Assembly: GCA_020184695.1 (NCBI GenBank)
Contig: JAANOX010000159.1
Location: 62,001 to 126,000, forward strand
Source: Histomonas meleagridis 2922-C6/04-290x
Lineage: Eukaryota > Protista > Parabasalia
Direction: 5' to 3'
DNA length: 64,000 nt
Shown here: in pieces, positions 22,173 through 33,463 of the stretch
How positions within the stretch are numbered: position 1 is the first letter of the stretch
Layout: the number at the start of each line of letters is the position of its first letter
Translations under genes and position numbers: made by a program
Notes under the pieces: generated by a model
Databases searched by the model: none
What the model saw: the letters and a program-made list of their open reading frames with translations, nothing else
What the model was told of the DNA's origin: nothing

Positions 22173-22894
22173 TTAAAAATGATTCATCAAAAAATGCCAA
22201 AAAAAAAATTGAGAACACTGTGTTCTCAGTTATCAAAAAGTGGACCAAACAAGGCCAGATCGATAGCACTTTTTATTTACAATACCATTCCATGGAAATT
22301 CGGACTTTTTGAACATTTTTATATATCTCATAAAAAATATTCTAACTTTTGAAGTTTTTTCAGCTAAATTAAATTTGCCTATATTTCATATTAGCGTGGT
22401 TCCGACCAATTATTATCACAAAAAAAATAGCGAAGTAGAGTTAAGAATTTTACTTAACGTTCATTCTTTTTGACTCTGGAGAGCGAAATATTTCATTTAT
22501 TTATTGATGAGATCACCGCCAAAGCTGCTGCTTAGATCTTTAAGTTTTTTATCTTCTTTCTATGTCCAAGCACAATATTTTCTTCCAGATTGATTTATTT
22601 TATGTCTTCCTCATATATGATATTAAGAAGATGGGTTCGGCGTAATGTACTACGTGCTGCATGCAGCACCATTATTTTTATTATGTTTTCTCCCAGAAAT
22701 TTTTAATTTAATCGTGATGGCTTCAAAAAGTGGATCTTTCTCAATTAAGTGAATAAACCTTTCAATTGAGTATAATAAACCATTTAAATTTTCATAAAAA
22801 GTGCCATCAAGCTATATAATATCTCGAAAATTAGTTGGTGTTTATAATGAGTAAACGTATGTATACATAACAATACTTTCAGAGTTTACTCATT

Positions 22895-23790
22895 TAGGGT
22901 CGATTCCAGGTAGGATCAAAATCAACTTTTTCAATACTTTCGAAATAAAGCTTGATCAAAAACGATTCCCCACCATTTCAAATCAAATTATACAAATATT
23001 GAATAGGAATTGATACTTTTTTGTTAACACTTATTTGATGTGTTTACTTACGATCATGTCACATATATGAATTGCAGACTCTTAGTATCCGTTGGGCTCT
23101 CCTTGGCGCTTAATTATTTCGTTCAGCCTATTTGGCATCGAATCGACAAGGTTCTTAATCAAGTTTTCATCAATTGTATTCCAAACCTCGAATATTACAT
23201 TAATCAATTCATCAATAGATTGGGGCTGTAACTCTTCCACTCTTTTCTTCCGTATTGACCACAAGTTCTATATGACATTCAAGTCAGGAGAATTTGCTGG
23301 CCAGTTCTCAAGAACATTGCATCGACTTTTCAAATATTCCATAATTTTTTTGCTTGTGTGTGAACTTGCTCCATCTTGGAGTAATGTCCAGCATCCTTCA
23401 CCATAAACGTTATTCATTCCTCGTATCAAGTCAGAACGTTCGATGCATTTGTGAATGTATACTTCATAATCAATGTTCCCTCTAATTGCTATAAGCCGTG
23501 TTTTATAATTATAACTTATTCCACCAAATATCATAACCTTTGGGATGAACTTAGTTTTTTTCCGAAAAACATCCGAACGAATTTCACCTCTTCTTCTCCA
23601 CAACCAACGATGGTTGTTGTCTAAGTAAAAACAGGATTCATCAACATATGAAACATTTTTCCAGTTTGTATTTTGTTGAATGTGATATTGAGAAAAACTG
23701 ATTCGCTTTTGTTTTTGATCATTGGTAAGCAAGAACGTTTCCTTTGGCGGGAAGTAATTAATATCCAATCTAAACGTTCAACAAAATTTT
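22895..23790 (-). mobile_element. 5'-truncated Tc1/mariner (DD34E) transposon relic
   Basis: YVDESCF, LLQDGASSH, WPANSPDLNVI*NLW (catalytic E codon is now TAG at 23268-23270). C-terminal ...RLNEIIKRQGEPNGY. Possible terminal TA|GGGTCGATTCC at 22895; no partner TIR found. Confidence 0.85.
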
Positions 23791-23834
23791 AATAATCGTT
23801 TGTTCTTTAAAAACAAATTTTTTGCATTTTCTTT

Positions 23835-24359
23835 ATGTATCGACCATTCCCAAAATATGTTTTAAGGCAGCCTTTTAGTGAACACACTACTATTAATGAT
23901 TTAAAGAAACAAGAATTCAAAATGAATGATGAAATTATCGACCCTTTATCTCAACATTCTAGTCATTTTCAAGCCCAACATCAAGTTATAAAAGGAAACA
24001 CATGCGATAAAGAGGCAAGAAAAAAAAGACAAAAAAATATTCAATCATCAAATAATATAAAAATTTCCACAATCCACGGATCCCCTATTGTTTCGACATC
24101 TATTGGTCATGTACGTTCACCAATTTTCTCGCAATATACACAACCAACCAACTATGATCCAATTCCTTTTAATTGGATTTCACTCAAAGGAAGTCCAACC
24201 AAACTAGTGCGTCCTAGGGTTACATATAAAACAAATTATCAAAAAATTGAAGAAAAAATTCCATGTAAACAAGAAATCTTACAATATAAAAGAAAATACC
24301 AAACATTGGAAAACCATAAACAAGCAATACTTGCCTCGAGTCAACTTCACTCATCATGA
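23835..24359 (+). CDS. Hypothetical protein
   Basis: 174-aa ATG-initiated ORF; no motif recognised. Confidence 0.5.
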   Translation: MYRPFPKYVLRQPFSEHTTINDLKKQEFKMNDEIIDPLSQHSSHFQAQHQVIKGNTCDKEARKKRQKNIQSSNNIKISTIHGSPIVSTSIGHVRSPIFSQYTQPTNYDPIPFNWISLKGSPTKLVRPRVTYKTNYQKIEEKIPCKQEILQYKRKYQTLENHKQAILASSQLHSS

Positions 24360-24590
24360 GTATCTGAAAAATACTTTTCAAATATTTTTAGAAAATTTAA
24401 TAATGATTATCGAACCATAAAAAATAATTTTTGGTGAGAAATGACATATGCTTAATTGGAAGCAGTCAATTTCTCGTTTTTTGGCATATAATTTTTTTGT
24501 CATTGATTTATTGCATATCTGAATTTCTATTTCAATCACGACAATAGCAATAAACAAATATATATTTATTCATATAAACAAAATTACATA

Positions 24591-26201
24591 TTATTTCATT
24601 GATTTAAATGAACCATTTCTGGTTGCAATTGTTCGCATCCAATCAGTCCACAGTTGGGACATCTCTCCGCTAAAGACGTGTCCTCTTGGACCAATAGGTA
24701 CATATCCTCCTATAAACATTGATGGTTTAATTGATTTCAGGACGATTTCCGCCTCATTTGCCCCAACTTTTCTTGCTTGCATTGCTTTTGCTTGTGCTCT
24801 AAAACAATGTGCGAAAGCAAAGACATATTTCACATCTATCCCTCTTTGTTTTAAGACCCTAAACAATCCAAAATTCCTCATCATAAAAATTAACATTGTT
24901 TTGTTCTTTTCAAACTGCTCCGATAGGATTTGAGTAAAACCGTCGACCATAATTTGAATCAATTTTTCGGTTTGACTGTTCCTGCTTTCAATTAGCATCT
25001 GGAAAAAATGAAAAATCCTGTTGCATACAAAATATGAGAAAGAATGAACATGTGCCGAAATGTTATTAAAAATACAAGCAATTGATGGAAGTAATGGTGT
25101 TGATATGGTGAAATCATTCCCAATAACATTGGTAATTATCTCAATGAGTAAATCAGCATATGTCCCTCTATGAACAGGATGCCGGCATTGAAACGAACCA
25201 ACAAAAGGTTCATTTAATGATTCCGAAATCGCTTCGTTTGATGTGAGCATCACCAAAGACGATAGAACAATTGAATGGAAATACGATAGAATTTGTTTCT
25301 CGTTAAGAAGCTGAAGAGGAAAAAGGAGCGAAACAATAAATTCTCGGCCATTTTGGAGAGAGGCTAAGGCACCCGTATGACAGAGGAGTGATTGATATAA
25401 AAAAATAACGAGTTCATGAAAGATTCCAGGTGATTGACAATCAACTAAATTAATTTGTTGCTCTGTTGGAGGTTTCAATAATAAATTAAAAACTGGTAGA
25501 AAACATGTGAATTCAAGTTCGTTAAATGAAATTTGCCAATTTGGACAAAACGCAATTCCATTTGATAATACAATTATACATATTCTATAGAGTTCATCTT
25601 GACTCTTGCTATGAAGAAGAATATGAAATAAAGGTGATGGGTTAGATTCATTAAGATAAATATAGTTGATGTTAGGATAATTATTAATTTCATGTTGTGT
25701 TCCATTTAAAACAAAAATTAGAACAGTTGATAGCATCGCAAATTTTATGTGATAACAAATATCATTTTGTTTGTCTGAATTTAAAATTTGTGGATGATTT
25801 AATATTTGAAATGATGAAATAAAAAAACAAAATGGAAAAGTTTTAAATTTTTTTAAAGGAGACTCCCATTCAGCCCAATTTTTGGAACAAAATGGTTGAA
25901 AATGTTGAAAAAGCAAAAAAGAATTATAACATGAAATCAGTAAATCTTTGGGAATTTCTGAATCAAAACTTATTTGCAATATTTTAATTATTGAGTTCAT
26001 CATATGATGTATTAAAGCTTTAATATTTGATGGTCTTTTTTTTATTATATTGTGAATGATTGGATGAGAAAGAATTTGATGAGTCAGAATCTGATCACAA
26101 AGAATGCTAGAATAGATAGGGTCATCGTCATCGATTTTATTTGAGAGGATATCAAAAAAAGTATTTGGGATTTGCTGCTCTGTTGAGCTATTTCCTCCCA
26201 T
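24591..26201 (-). CDS. Dymeclin/HID1-family protein
   Basis: MGGNSS myristoylation-like start at ATG 26201; GTYADLLIEII and IFNNISAHVHSFSYFVCNRIFHFF resemble the Dymeclin/HID1 core. Confidence 0.65.
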   Translation of the reverse strand: MGGNSSTEQQIPNTFFDILSNKIDDDDPIYSSILCDQILTHQILSHPIIHNIIKKRPSNIKALIHHMMNSIIKILQISFDSEIPKDLLISCYNSFLLFQHFQPFCSKNWAEWESPLKKFKTFPFCFFISSFQILNHPQILNSDKQNDICYHIKFAMLSTVLIFVLNGTQHEINNYPNINYIYLNESNPSPLFHILLHSKSQDELYRICIIVLSNGIAFCPNWQISFNELEFTCFLPVFNLLLKPPTEQQINLVDCQSPGIFHELVIFLYQSLLCHTGALASLQNGREFIVSLLFPLQLLNEKQILSYFHSIVLSSLVMLTSNEAISESLNEPFVGSFQCRHPVHRGTYADLLIEIITNVIGNDFTISTPLLPSIACIFNNISAHVHSFSYFVCNRIFHFFQMLIESRNSQTEKLIQIMVDGFTQILSEQFEKNKTMLIFMMRNFGLFRVLKQRGIDVKYVFAFAHCFRAQAKAMQARKVGANEAEIVLKSIKPSMFIGGYVPIGPRGHVFSGEMSQLWTDWMRTIATRNGSFKSMK

Positions 26202-26243
26202 TAAAAACGCTTCACATATCAAATTTCAATTAACATGTCTTAA

Positions 26244-26251
26244 AAAGTGAC
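26244..26251 (+). promoter_or_regulatory. AAAGTGAC motif upstream of archease
   Basis: Exact motif 6 nt before ATG 26258. Confidence 0.45.
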
Positions 26252-26257
26252 CACATA

Positions 26258-26689
26258 ATGACACAAGGGTTTGAGTTTGTTGATCACCCAGCCGACATTC
26301 AAGTTCATTCATGGGGCACAAAGTTTGAAGGTGCATTGGAATCACAAGCTATTGCTTTGTTTGAAACAATGTTTGATACATCAAAGTTTAAAGATGATAT
26401 ACAAAAAACAATCTCAATACAAGCAAATGATTTGTACGCATTAGTCTTTCAATTTTTAGATGAATGGCTTTTTATTTTTGATACAGAAGATTTTGTATTG
26501 AAAAGTGTAAAAATCACCAAATGTGATTTGGAAAATTTCAAAATAGAAGCGACCGCAAATGGTGAAGAATATGATCAGGAAAGACATGCTGATTTTAGAA
26601 GAACTGAAGTTAAGGCAATTACATATGGAAGCATGAAAGTTGACATTCAAAAAGATAAAACTGAAATATATGTCATATTTGATTTATAG
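26258..26689 (+). CDS. Archease (RtcB tRNA-ligase cofactor)
   Basis: FEFVDHPADIQVHSWG, EVKAITY, C-terminal IYVIFDL. Confidence 0.92.
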   Translation: MTQGFEFVDHPADIQVHSWGTKFEGALESQAIALFETMFDTSKFKDDIQKTISIQANDLYALVFQFLDEWLFIFDTEDFVLKSVKITKCDLENFKIEATANGEEYDQERHADFRRTEVKAITYGSMKVDIQKDKTEIYVIFDL

Positions 26690-26959
26690 GCTGGTTTCAA
26701 CAATAAAGCAAAGCAGATATTTGGTGTTAATTTTTTTAATTCAATTTTTATATTTATAAATTAAAAAAAAAAATAATCAAAACTTTAATGTATATTTTTA
26801 AAAATTAATGAAAAATATTTATTTTTGTTGAAATGAGATGTTTTTTATATTTAACTTAAAATTGCTATAACTGATGAAAAAAAAAATTAGGGGTACCCGG
26901 AACCGTTTACTAATCTTTGGTCAAGGAAAAATCTTGTTCAATTCTTAAATCTAGAACAA

Positions 26960-27823
26960 ATGCTTTATACAGATAACTCTCCTTTCCAATTCTACAGTGA
27001 TGAATGGTTTGAAAAAAACATAAAAGTTCGTCAAGTTGACGAACAAATTATATCATTTGTAAGTCCAAATTATGAAAAACTTCAACAATCATTAACAGGA
27101 AAAGCTCTTGAACTTCTTGATCTCCCAGGTGATTACCCTCGACTTATAGCAGATGTAGGTTGTGGCCTTTCAGTATCAGGAGAAGTAATTAATAATTCAG
27201 GAAATTTTTGGGTAGGAGTTGATATTCTTCGATCTATGTTTTTCTCTCCATATCTTGAACACATTATGCGTCCCATGGACTCACCAAATTCATATGTCAG
27301 ATGTGATATTGGAGAAGGTATGCCTTTTAGACCTGGTGTATACGATGGTGCCATTGGCATTGATGTACTCCAATGGCTATTTTCAGTTTTTCCAGGATGT
27401 GATCCTGTTCCAAAACGCATTCGTACATTCTTCGAAACACTTCATGGATGCCTTGCATGTGGTGCCCGTGCAGTTTTTAATTTCCATCCTAAATCTCCAG
27501 AACAAGCTGAAATGCTTAGTACCATTGCTACAAAATGCGGTTTCGGCGGTGGAATTCATATTGAGAACCCAAATTCTAATGCAGCTAAAGAGCATTGGCT
27601 CATTCTCGAGGTTGGTGGTGTTACTCCTGACGGCCTTGATGCTGTTTTACAACAAAACAGTGGATGTCAAAATGTAAAAGCTTTTCGACCCAGGAAATCA
27701 GGCAAAAAAGGATTTAATAGAAAAGAATGGATCTTAAAGAAGAAAGAAAGACAAAGGCTTCTAGGTAAGAAGGTTGCAAATGATTCTAAATATACAGGAA
27801 GATCGAGAAGAAGATGGTTCTAA
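26960..27823 (+). CDS. BUD23: 18S rRNA m7G methyltransferase BUD23/WBSCR22
   Basis: DVGCG SAM motif, WVGVDI, DIGEGMPFRPGVYDGAI, C-terminal KKKERQRLLGKKVANDSKYTGRSRR. Confidence 0.85.
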   Translation: MLYTDNSPFQFYSDEWFEKNIKVRQVDEQIISFVSPNYEKLQQSLTGKALELLDLPGDYPRLIADVGCGLSVSGEVINNSGNFWVGVDILRSMFFSPYLEHIMRPMDSPNSYVRCDIGEGMPFRPGVYDGAIGIDVLQWLFSVFPGCDPVPKRIRTFFETLHGCLACGARAVFNFHPKSPEQAEMLSTIATKCGFGGGIHIENPNSNAAKEHWLILEVGGVTPDGLDAVLQQNSGCQNVKAFRPRKSGKKGFNRKEWILKKKERQRLLGKKVANDSKYTGRSRRRWF

Positions 27824-27966
27824 TACTAAATAAAAGCTATTTAATAACAGACGATAACGTTTTTTCTGATAAAAACGATTAATGATTATTGAATTTTCTA
27901 TCGGTTGTATTCGTGGTACTTTTCGTAAAGGAAGATTTTAGATGTCACTTTTTTGTGGTCGTTCTA

Positions 27967-28422
27967 ATGAATCTTGGATTTTCCCTTCTAACTAAATTAG
28001 GATTATCTCAAGAAGAAGCAGACTTACATAAAAATGATAAACCTTCAGATGCTATAACTATTTATGCAAAAGATCAAACCGGTATTGGATATACTGAAAA
28101 TAAGTATGATTTTGTTTTAGAGACAGATGCTGCCTTTGCTAAGCTTCAGGCTTCGCGTGTCGGTATTAAAAAAACAAACGATGCTCCAAAGATGGAAACG
28201 AATCCACCTCAACAAAGATACTGGATTCCTTCTAGACTTAAAAAGAAACCACTACATTCTTTATCGGCTGAAGATCTCGCCGTTATTTTAGCAAAGCCAG
28301 AACCAGTAGAAGTACCAGTTGATGCAATAAAATCGGATGAAAGTCAAGAGCACCACAGAAGGAGAAGAAGACATCACAAAAAAGAAACGGACAGTGGTGA
28401 GGGTGTAAAAAATCAAGAATAG
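27967..28422 (+). CDS. Hypothetical protein
   Basis: ATG at 27967 following a GTCACTTT motif; basic C-terminus. Confidence 0.55.
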   Translation: MNLGFSLLTKLGLSQEEADLHKNDKPSDAITIYAKDQTGIGYTENKYDFVLETDAAFAKLQASRVGIKKTNDAPKMETNPPQQRYWIPSRLKKKPLHSLSAEDLAVILAKPEPVEVPVDAIKSDESQEHHRRRRRHHKKETDSGEGVKNQE

Positions 28423-28620
28423 AATAATGATAATAAATAAATTTTGAATAGATTTATTATAATTTGTTTTGTAACACAACGTAAACGCTTGGTAAATGAA
28501 ATATAAAATCATATTTGATATATCTCGCCAAGTATTCTGTTTATAAACAAATAATGCACAAGGTAAAAAGTGACACGAAAATTACAAAACCCAACGGTTA
28601 TTAATTTCATAGAAAAAAAA

Positions 28621-28912
28621 CAGTGGCTGCAATCCTGCTGCAGGAGGGAAGTAACAGTTTGCTCACGCCCAGAATCCACGCACCGTAGAATCTGGAAATC
28701 TATTCGCTGTTCCGTTTACCGGCCTCACGCATTGCGATTTGCTTTAATCGTATCTCTCCCTAGCTTGCCTTCGCAAGAGTACATGATACATCAGATTTAC
28801 CTGGTGGGAGGGCACTCAACACAAAGCTAATTACCTATCACCACAGCAGTTACAACGCCTGAATTCTAAGGGTAGCGTACGCTTTACAGACTGGGGTTAC
28901 ACCAATCCACCC
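28621..28912 (-). ncRNA. SRP: Signal recognition particle RNA (7SL), about 292 nt
   Basis: Alu domain (GGGT/ACCC, GATTGG/CCAGTC, UGUAA, AGCG/CGCT); long helix 5 (CTGCTG/CAGCAG, GCCC/GGGC, AATCTG/CAGATT); helix 6 CTTGC-GAAG-GCAAG; helix 8 GAGG-CCG-GUAAA-CGG-AACAG; T8 Pol III terminator. Confidence 0.88.
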
Positions 28913-29025
28913 ATTATTTCTTTCTGTAGATAAGTTTGATACTACATATTAATTTTTGTTCACATTGACTAATTAAGAATGTAAAGTATTTAAAAAAGCG
29001 GGTGGATAAAAAAAATTAAAACGCA

Positions 29026-29484
29026 TTATTCTTTATTAACACCCTCTAAATCTTCTGAAAGTGATTTAAAAGCAATGTTCCATTGGTTTAAATTGCGGTA
29101 AAAAAATTCTGTTTCAGCACTTCGAAGATTTGACAGAAGGATTCTTAGATTTTTTGCTTCTTCAAGAACAGCGTCTGTGCCTATATTGGCTTTGTTGGCT
29201 TTTGCGTTATTAAATTTTTTACGTGACTCTGTGACTTGATTTCTCAAATTAATTAAATTTTGGAAATAATATTTTGTTTCTTTGGAAAATAGATTTTGTC
29301 CAAAGGATTTAAAAATTTTAACGTATTGATTTAGATCAACTGGAAATTCTTGGTTATCATAACTTTCGTTTCCTGTTGGTTTAACTGGCCAGTTTTTTAC
29401 GCTTTCGTCAATTGATGATAGTGATGAAGCAAGTGACTCCAAAGCTTCTTTCACTGCCTTTTGTTGCTTCATGAGGTCAGTCAT
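29026..29484 (-). CDS. Small helical hypothetical protein
   Basis: ORF-track start is TTG; first ATG at 29484; coiled-coil-like composition. Confidence 0.55.
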   Translation of the reverse strand: MTDLMKQQKAVKEALESLASSLSSIDESVKNWPVKPTGNESYDNQEFPVDLNQYVKIFKSFGQNLFSKETKYYFQNLINLRNQVTESRKKFNNAKANKANIGTDAVLEEAKNLRILLSNLRSAETEFFYRNLNQWNIAFKSLSEDLEGVNKE

Positions 29485-30395
29485 ATGGTTTTTGCTCAAG
29501 AATTGAAAAAAAATTGGGAACTCATTTAAAAATTGCGAGTAATTAAATTCAAAAAGTTCCTTTACAGTTTTTTCGTTGGAGGTTTTCTGCCAGAAGTTCG
29601 ATCACATTTATTTAAATAAAATATTGCTTAATATTAATCTAAACTTCATGCGGCTGTTAAAAATGAACTTTAATTGTCCTTCATTTCTTTTACTAATAAT
29701 CAATAAACCATTTACCATTTAGCATACTTGAAATAAAAACAATAATCTGACAAACATAGTTAACATCAATTCACTCTTACCGTTATTTTTTCACAGACGA
29801 TATATTTTCATGATAACCGTTTATTTGGGAATCCGGAATCCGTTAGAATCATTGAAAATTTTTGTATGAATTTTACGACAATTATGAAAAAGTTGTATTC
29901 TAAAAACAGCAAATTTTAAAAAAGGACCAAATCTAATAGATTGTTAAAAGAAAAATTTGTATCAGATATATTAATAATAAAATCATTTCCTTTTTTATGA
30001 AATCATTAAGAAATACATTCTTATATGAAATATTTTAAATAATTAAATGTTTTATTTTTTTATTGAGTATTAGAGGTGTAGTAAAAATTTATTGATAATT
30101 TCATTCCATAAATAATTAATAATTATTATAATATGATTTCAAAAAATCTAAAAATGAATGAACTATCTCTCAAAATTAAAATATTATTTTATCTTATTAT
30201 ATTTATTAATAAGTTATATAAATAAATAATTTTCCAGATCATAAAAAATATTTCTTGCTATATTGATGTTTATCTCATTATTAATATTTTTATAAAAACT
30301 CTTACCACTCTCGAGCGTTACAAATTAAACGAAACCTCATTTCGCTTTACGATTGTTGTTTAGTTAGATGGCATTTTTTTCGTCAAAGCCTCGAC

Positions 30396-30469
30396 GCACT
30401 CATAGCTCAGTCGGTTAGAGCGTTGAGCTTATGCCTCAAAGGTCCTGGGTTCGAGTCCCCGTGGGTGCA
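30396..30469 (+). tRNA. tRNA-Ile(UAU), intronless
   Basis: Cloverleaf: GCACTCA/TGGGTGC, GCTC/GAGC, TTGAG-CT-TAT-GC-CTCAA, TTCGAGT; followed by an oligo-T terminator. Confidence 0.88.
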
Positions 30470-30529
30470 TTTTTTTTAATAAATAAAACGTTAAGTATAT
30501 TGTATATAAAGAAAGTCTCAATGTGGTTA

Positions 30530-31330
30530 TCAGCAATAAAAGTAACCAACCACTTCACCTACTGACATTTGTGAAAATATTTTATCGCAAATTTGTAATA
30601 TGTGCGAAGTCGAACATTTTTCTATTTTCGAGAATGATGGATATGAATAAAAGATTAATGCCGCTTCACAACACATCATAAAGTGATGCAGATTCCCAGA
30701 TGCTATTGTTGAACCCCAAAGTCTTTCAAGTGTTTCTTCCTGATGATTTTCGATATCCCAACATATAAGACGAAACTAAGAAATTCAACTCGAAAGCCAT
30801 TCGCTGCAACGCGCATCATTCTTTAAGATGATTTGGAAAACATGTGGTAAGTCTTCGTTAGGTTATCTTCGATTAATGGACTGCAAATTTGTAATCTTCG
30901 ATCTTATCAATTAATACAATAACAAATGGTAATGCAATGATCATTAAGCCCTTGCGTATAGCATATGTTATAATTATAAAGACTGTGTACGCCTTTAATA
31001 TTAATTAATGGTTCTTTGATACGTAATTCATCAAATGGAGGTGAGACATTTGTACGTCGAACATCCATTTGAATTGTTTGAAATGCTAAGCGAAGCCGTT
31101 TGGCTAATTGATATGATGTAAGTGATTGCCATTGAGATTAAAGATTATTATAATCAATAACTCGAAGTTGTTTGGCATGACTAACATCTTTCTCAAATGG
31201 AAGAACACCAAGAAGTTGGCTTTTATGGCCGCGCACGAAGATTTCGCTCAATGCCTTTGTGGGACACTTGAAGTCGAATATCAGAGAGTTTAATGGTCGT
31301 GCCGATTATGGTATTGTGGAACCATTGTAA
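30530..31330 (-). pseudogene. Rab-GAP TBC-domain pseudogene
   Basis: Manual translation across frames: KGIERNLRAR..LLGVLPF, IQMDVRRT (IxxDxxR), CYTQGLND (YxQ), ERLWGST; several in-frame stops and frameshifts. Confidence 0.75.
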
Positions 31331-31531
31331 CGGGCGACCTCTCAAAAAGTGGGCCGTTAATGTTGGAACGAGCTGAAATTGCGTTTTACGACATTTCGTC
31401 AAGAGTGAAATAGACTCAAAAGAGGCAACAGAATGGAACAGTGAATTCTTATTTTGATTTTCAATAGGCCTGCATGATGATAATGTACGAATTCTGTACT
31501 TTCAATTCATGTGTCACTTTCGGCTGCTAAG

Positions 31532-33025
31532 ATGTCCACTTTTTTAACGTTTGCCAAATTTATGCAAACAGAAGCGATACTTAAACAATTACACGATCGT
31601 GATATCAAACAGCAAGGAACTGAAACAATGCATGATGCTGTCATACTTTCCAATGAGCTGCAAAAAATCTTAAAAGAAATTGATTCGATGGAAAAAAACA
31701 AAATTAATGTAAGCCAAGAAATTCAATCACTTGAAAGTAAAGGCATTTGTTTTTTCGATGAAATGGACCCATCCAAATTGAATGAACAGTTAGTTAATCT
31801 CTATCGAAATAAAAATGAGTTAGATAACCAAAACAATGAATATAGAAAACTCATACAAACTCTCACTGAAAAAGAAGGGGAGCTTCGCTCTACTATAACT
31901 GAGCAAGAAGAACTTGAAAAAACATTAACAATATCAATCCAATCTAAACAAGAAAATCGTGTTATGCTTGAGCAAAAGCATGATGAAATCATGCAAGAAA
32001 TTGCAGAAGTCAACAAACAAATTTCAGCACGTTCACAAGACATCGAGACTTCAAAAACATCAATTTCTGAATATAAACGTAGGATTCAATGTTCCTTAAA
32101 TTACATCCAGCAAGCTGAGGAAACATCAACTCATCACTTAATGGCTACTTTCATGACGTCAATCAGCGCTCACACAAAGCCGATCACAGGCGTCTCATTT
32201 TCAAACGATTTCAAGTCAATTTTGACGGTTGGCGAAGATGCCAAGGTAATTCAATGGGAACTCCCTTCACTTGGCGAAGGCTCCTCAACCACTCTTCGTG
32301 GTGTTTCTAACGGCATCAGAATTGGCACTGGCGATTCTACTTTAGCATGTTTGCCAGGAGCCGATAGAGTTGTTCGTATTATTGATCTGAGTACCTGGAG
32401 AACAGCTGCTGAACTTAGCAGTCATACTGATCAATGCACTGATGCACAATGGATGTCAAAGAATCAACTAATTACATCTTCAAAAGATCGAACAATCAAA
32501 TTATTTGATCTTACAAAGAACTGTTGTACAGTTACAATTATGACAATTAGTGCAGTGTTTTCACTTTGTCCAACGAATAGCCCTTCAGTATATGCAGCAG
32601 CTTGTTTTGATGGAAGCATTAGATTAATCGATACAAGGATTAAAAAGGTTTGCCAACAGATAAAAGGAGTTCACAAAAAGACAACAGCATGCGTACTCAT
32701 TAATCCAACAAAGACAAGCCTATATTCGATTGGTTTGGATAGTGAAATTTGCGAAACAAGTCTTTCAGCAGCGTCACCAATTCGTAGAATGACGAGCCCT
32801 GAACTTACAGTTAAAAGCCCAATGACCAAAATCTCCATGGATCCATTTGGTGGCTTTATTGCAGCAGGATCGAACAACGGATCTGTTTTATTATTCGACA
32901 TAACACAAAATTCGCCAAAACCAGTAATACTAAAACATCACAAAGCGGCCGTTACATGTTCTGCTTTTGCAGGAAATTTACTTGTCACTGCAGACAGAGA
33001 TCACATCATTGCGTTTTGGAACTGA
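31532..33025 (+). CDS. ATG16L-like coiled-coil + WD40 protein
   Basis: N-terminal coiled coil followed by about 7 WD40 repeats (AHTKPITGV, SHTDQCTD, KHHKAAVT); ATG at 31532. Confidence 0.65.
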   Translation: MSTFLTFAKFMQTEAILKQLHDRDIKQQGTETMHDAVILSNELQKILKEIDSMEKNKINVSQEIQSLESKGICFFDEMDPSKLNEQLVNLYRNKNELDNQNNEYRKLIQTLTEKEGELRSTITEQEELEKTLTISIQSKQENRVMLEQKHDEIMQEIAEVNKQISARSQDIETSKTSISEYKRRIQCSLNYIQQAEETSTHHLMATFMTSISAHTKPITGVSFSNDFKSILTVGEDAKVIQWELPSLGEGSSTTLRGVSNGIRIGTGDSTLACLPGADRVVRIIDLSTWRTAAELSSHTDQCTDAQWMSKNQLITSSKDRTIKLFDLTKNCCTVTIMTISAVFSLCPTNSPSVYAAACFDGSIRLIDTRIKKVCQQIKGVHKKTTACVLINPTKTSLYSIGLDSEICETSLSAASPIRRMTSPELTVKSPMTKISMDPFGGFIAAGSNNGSVLLFDITQNSPKPVILKHHKAAVTCSAFAGNLLVTADRDHIIAFWN

Positions 33026-33463
33026 AGTGGCAAAAAGCCGTTAAACTGTAGCTTTTTGAATGTAATTTTTTTATTTCGTATTCAATTTTTGAATGAGCAT
33101 GTTAAAAAAAGCGAAAAATAAGAATCGCTTCAATTTGGTATTTATTTGAGCGAAACTCCGTTGCATGCATTTTTGTTCAACAGAATGACATAAAGCTACA
33201 CTAAATTGATCATGAAATGCATTTATTTTAGTTCTTTTATTTTTCATCGATTGATTCCCGTGTACACTATCGGCAAAAGTGAGGGTACACTGAGTTCAGA
33301 CTTTACTGCTAAACATCTTTATGAATTTCATAATCGAAAGCACGAGCTGAGTTAATTTTTTTTTGTTGATCATCAAATCTGTAAATAAAATTGTATATGA
33401 TAACCGTTTATTTATTAGGGACGTTTATTTTCGTTTGTTGAAAAAAGTGCCGATTATTTTGGA

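Noticed and set aside
22210-22228. Inverted repeat TGAGAACAC-T-GTGTTCTCA upstream of the Hsp70-like gene
   Set aside because: Single occurrence with no recurrence in the window.
22654-22669. 16-bp palindrome GTGCTGCATGCAGCAC
   Set aside because: Isolated; palindromes of this length are expected a few times per window.
28794-28804. ATTTACCTGG resembling the U1 snRNA 5' end
   Set aside because: It lies inside the antisense of the SRP RNA, and no U1 stem-loops or Sm site follow.
28570-28830. 86-aa ORF
   Set aside because: Antisense to the SRP RNA; no protein features.
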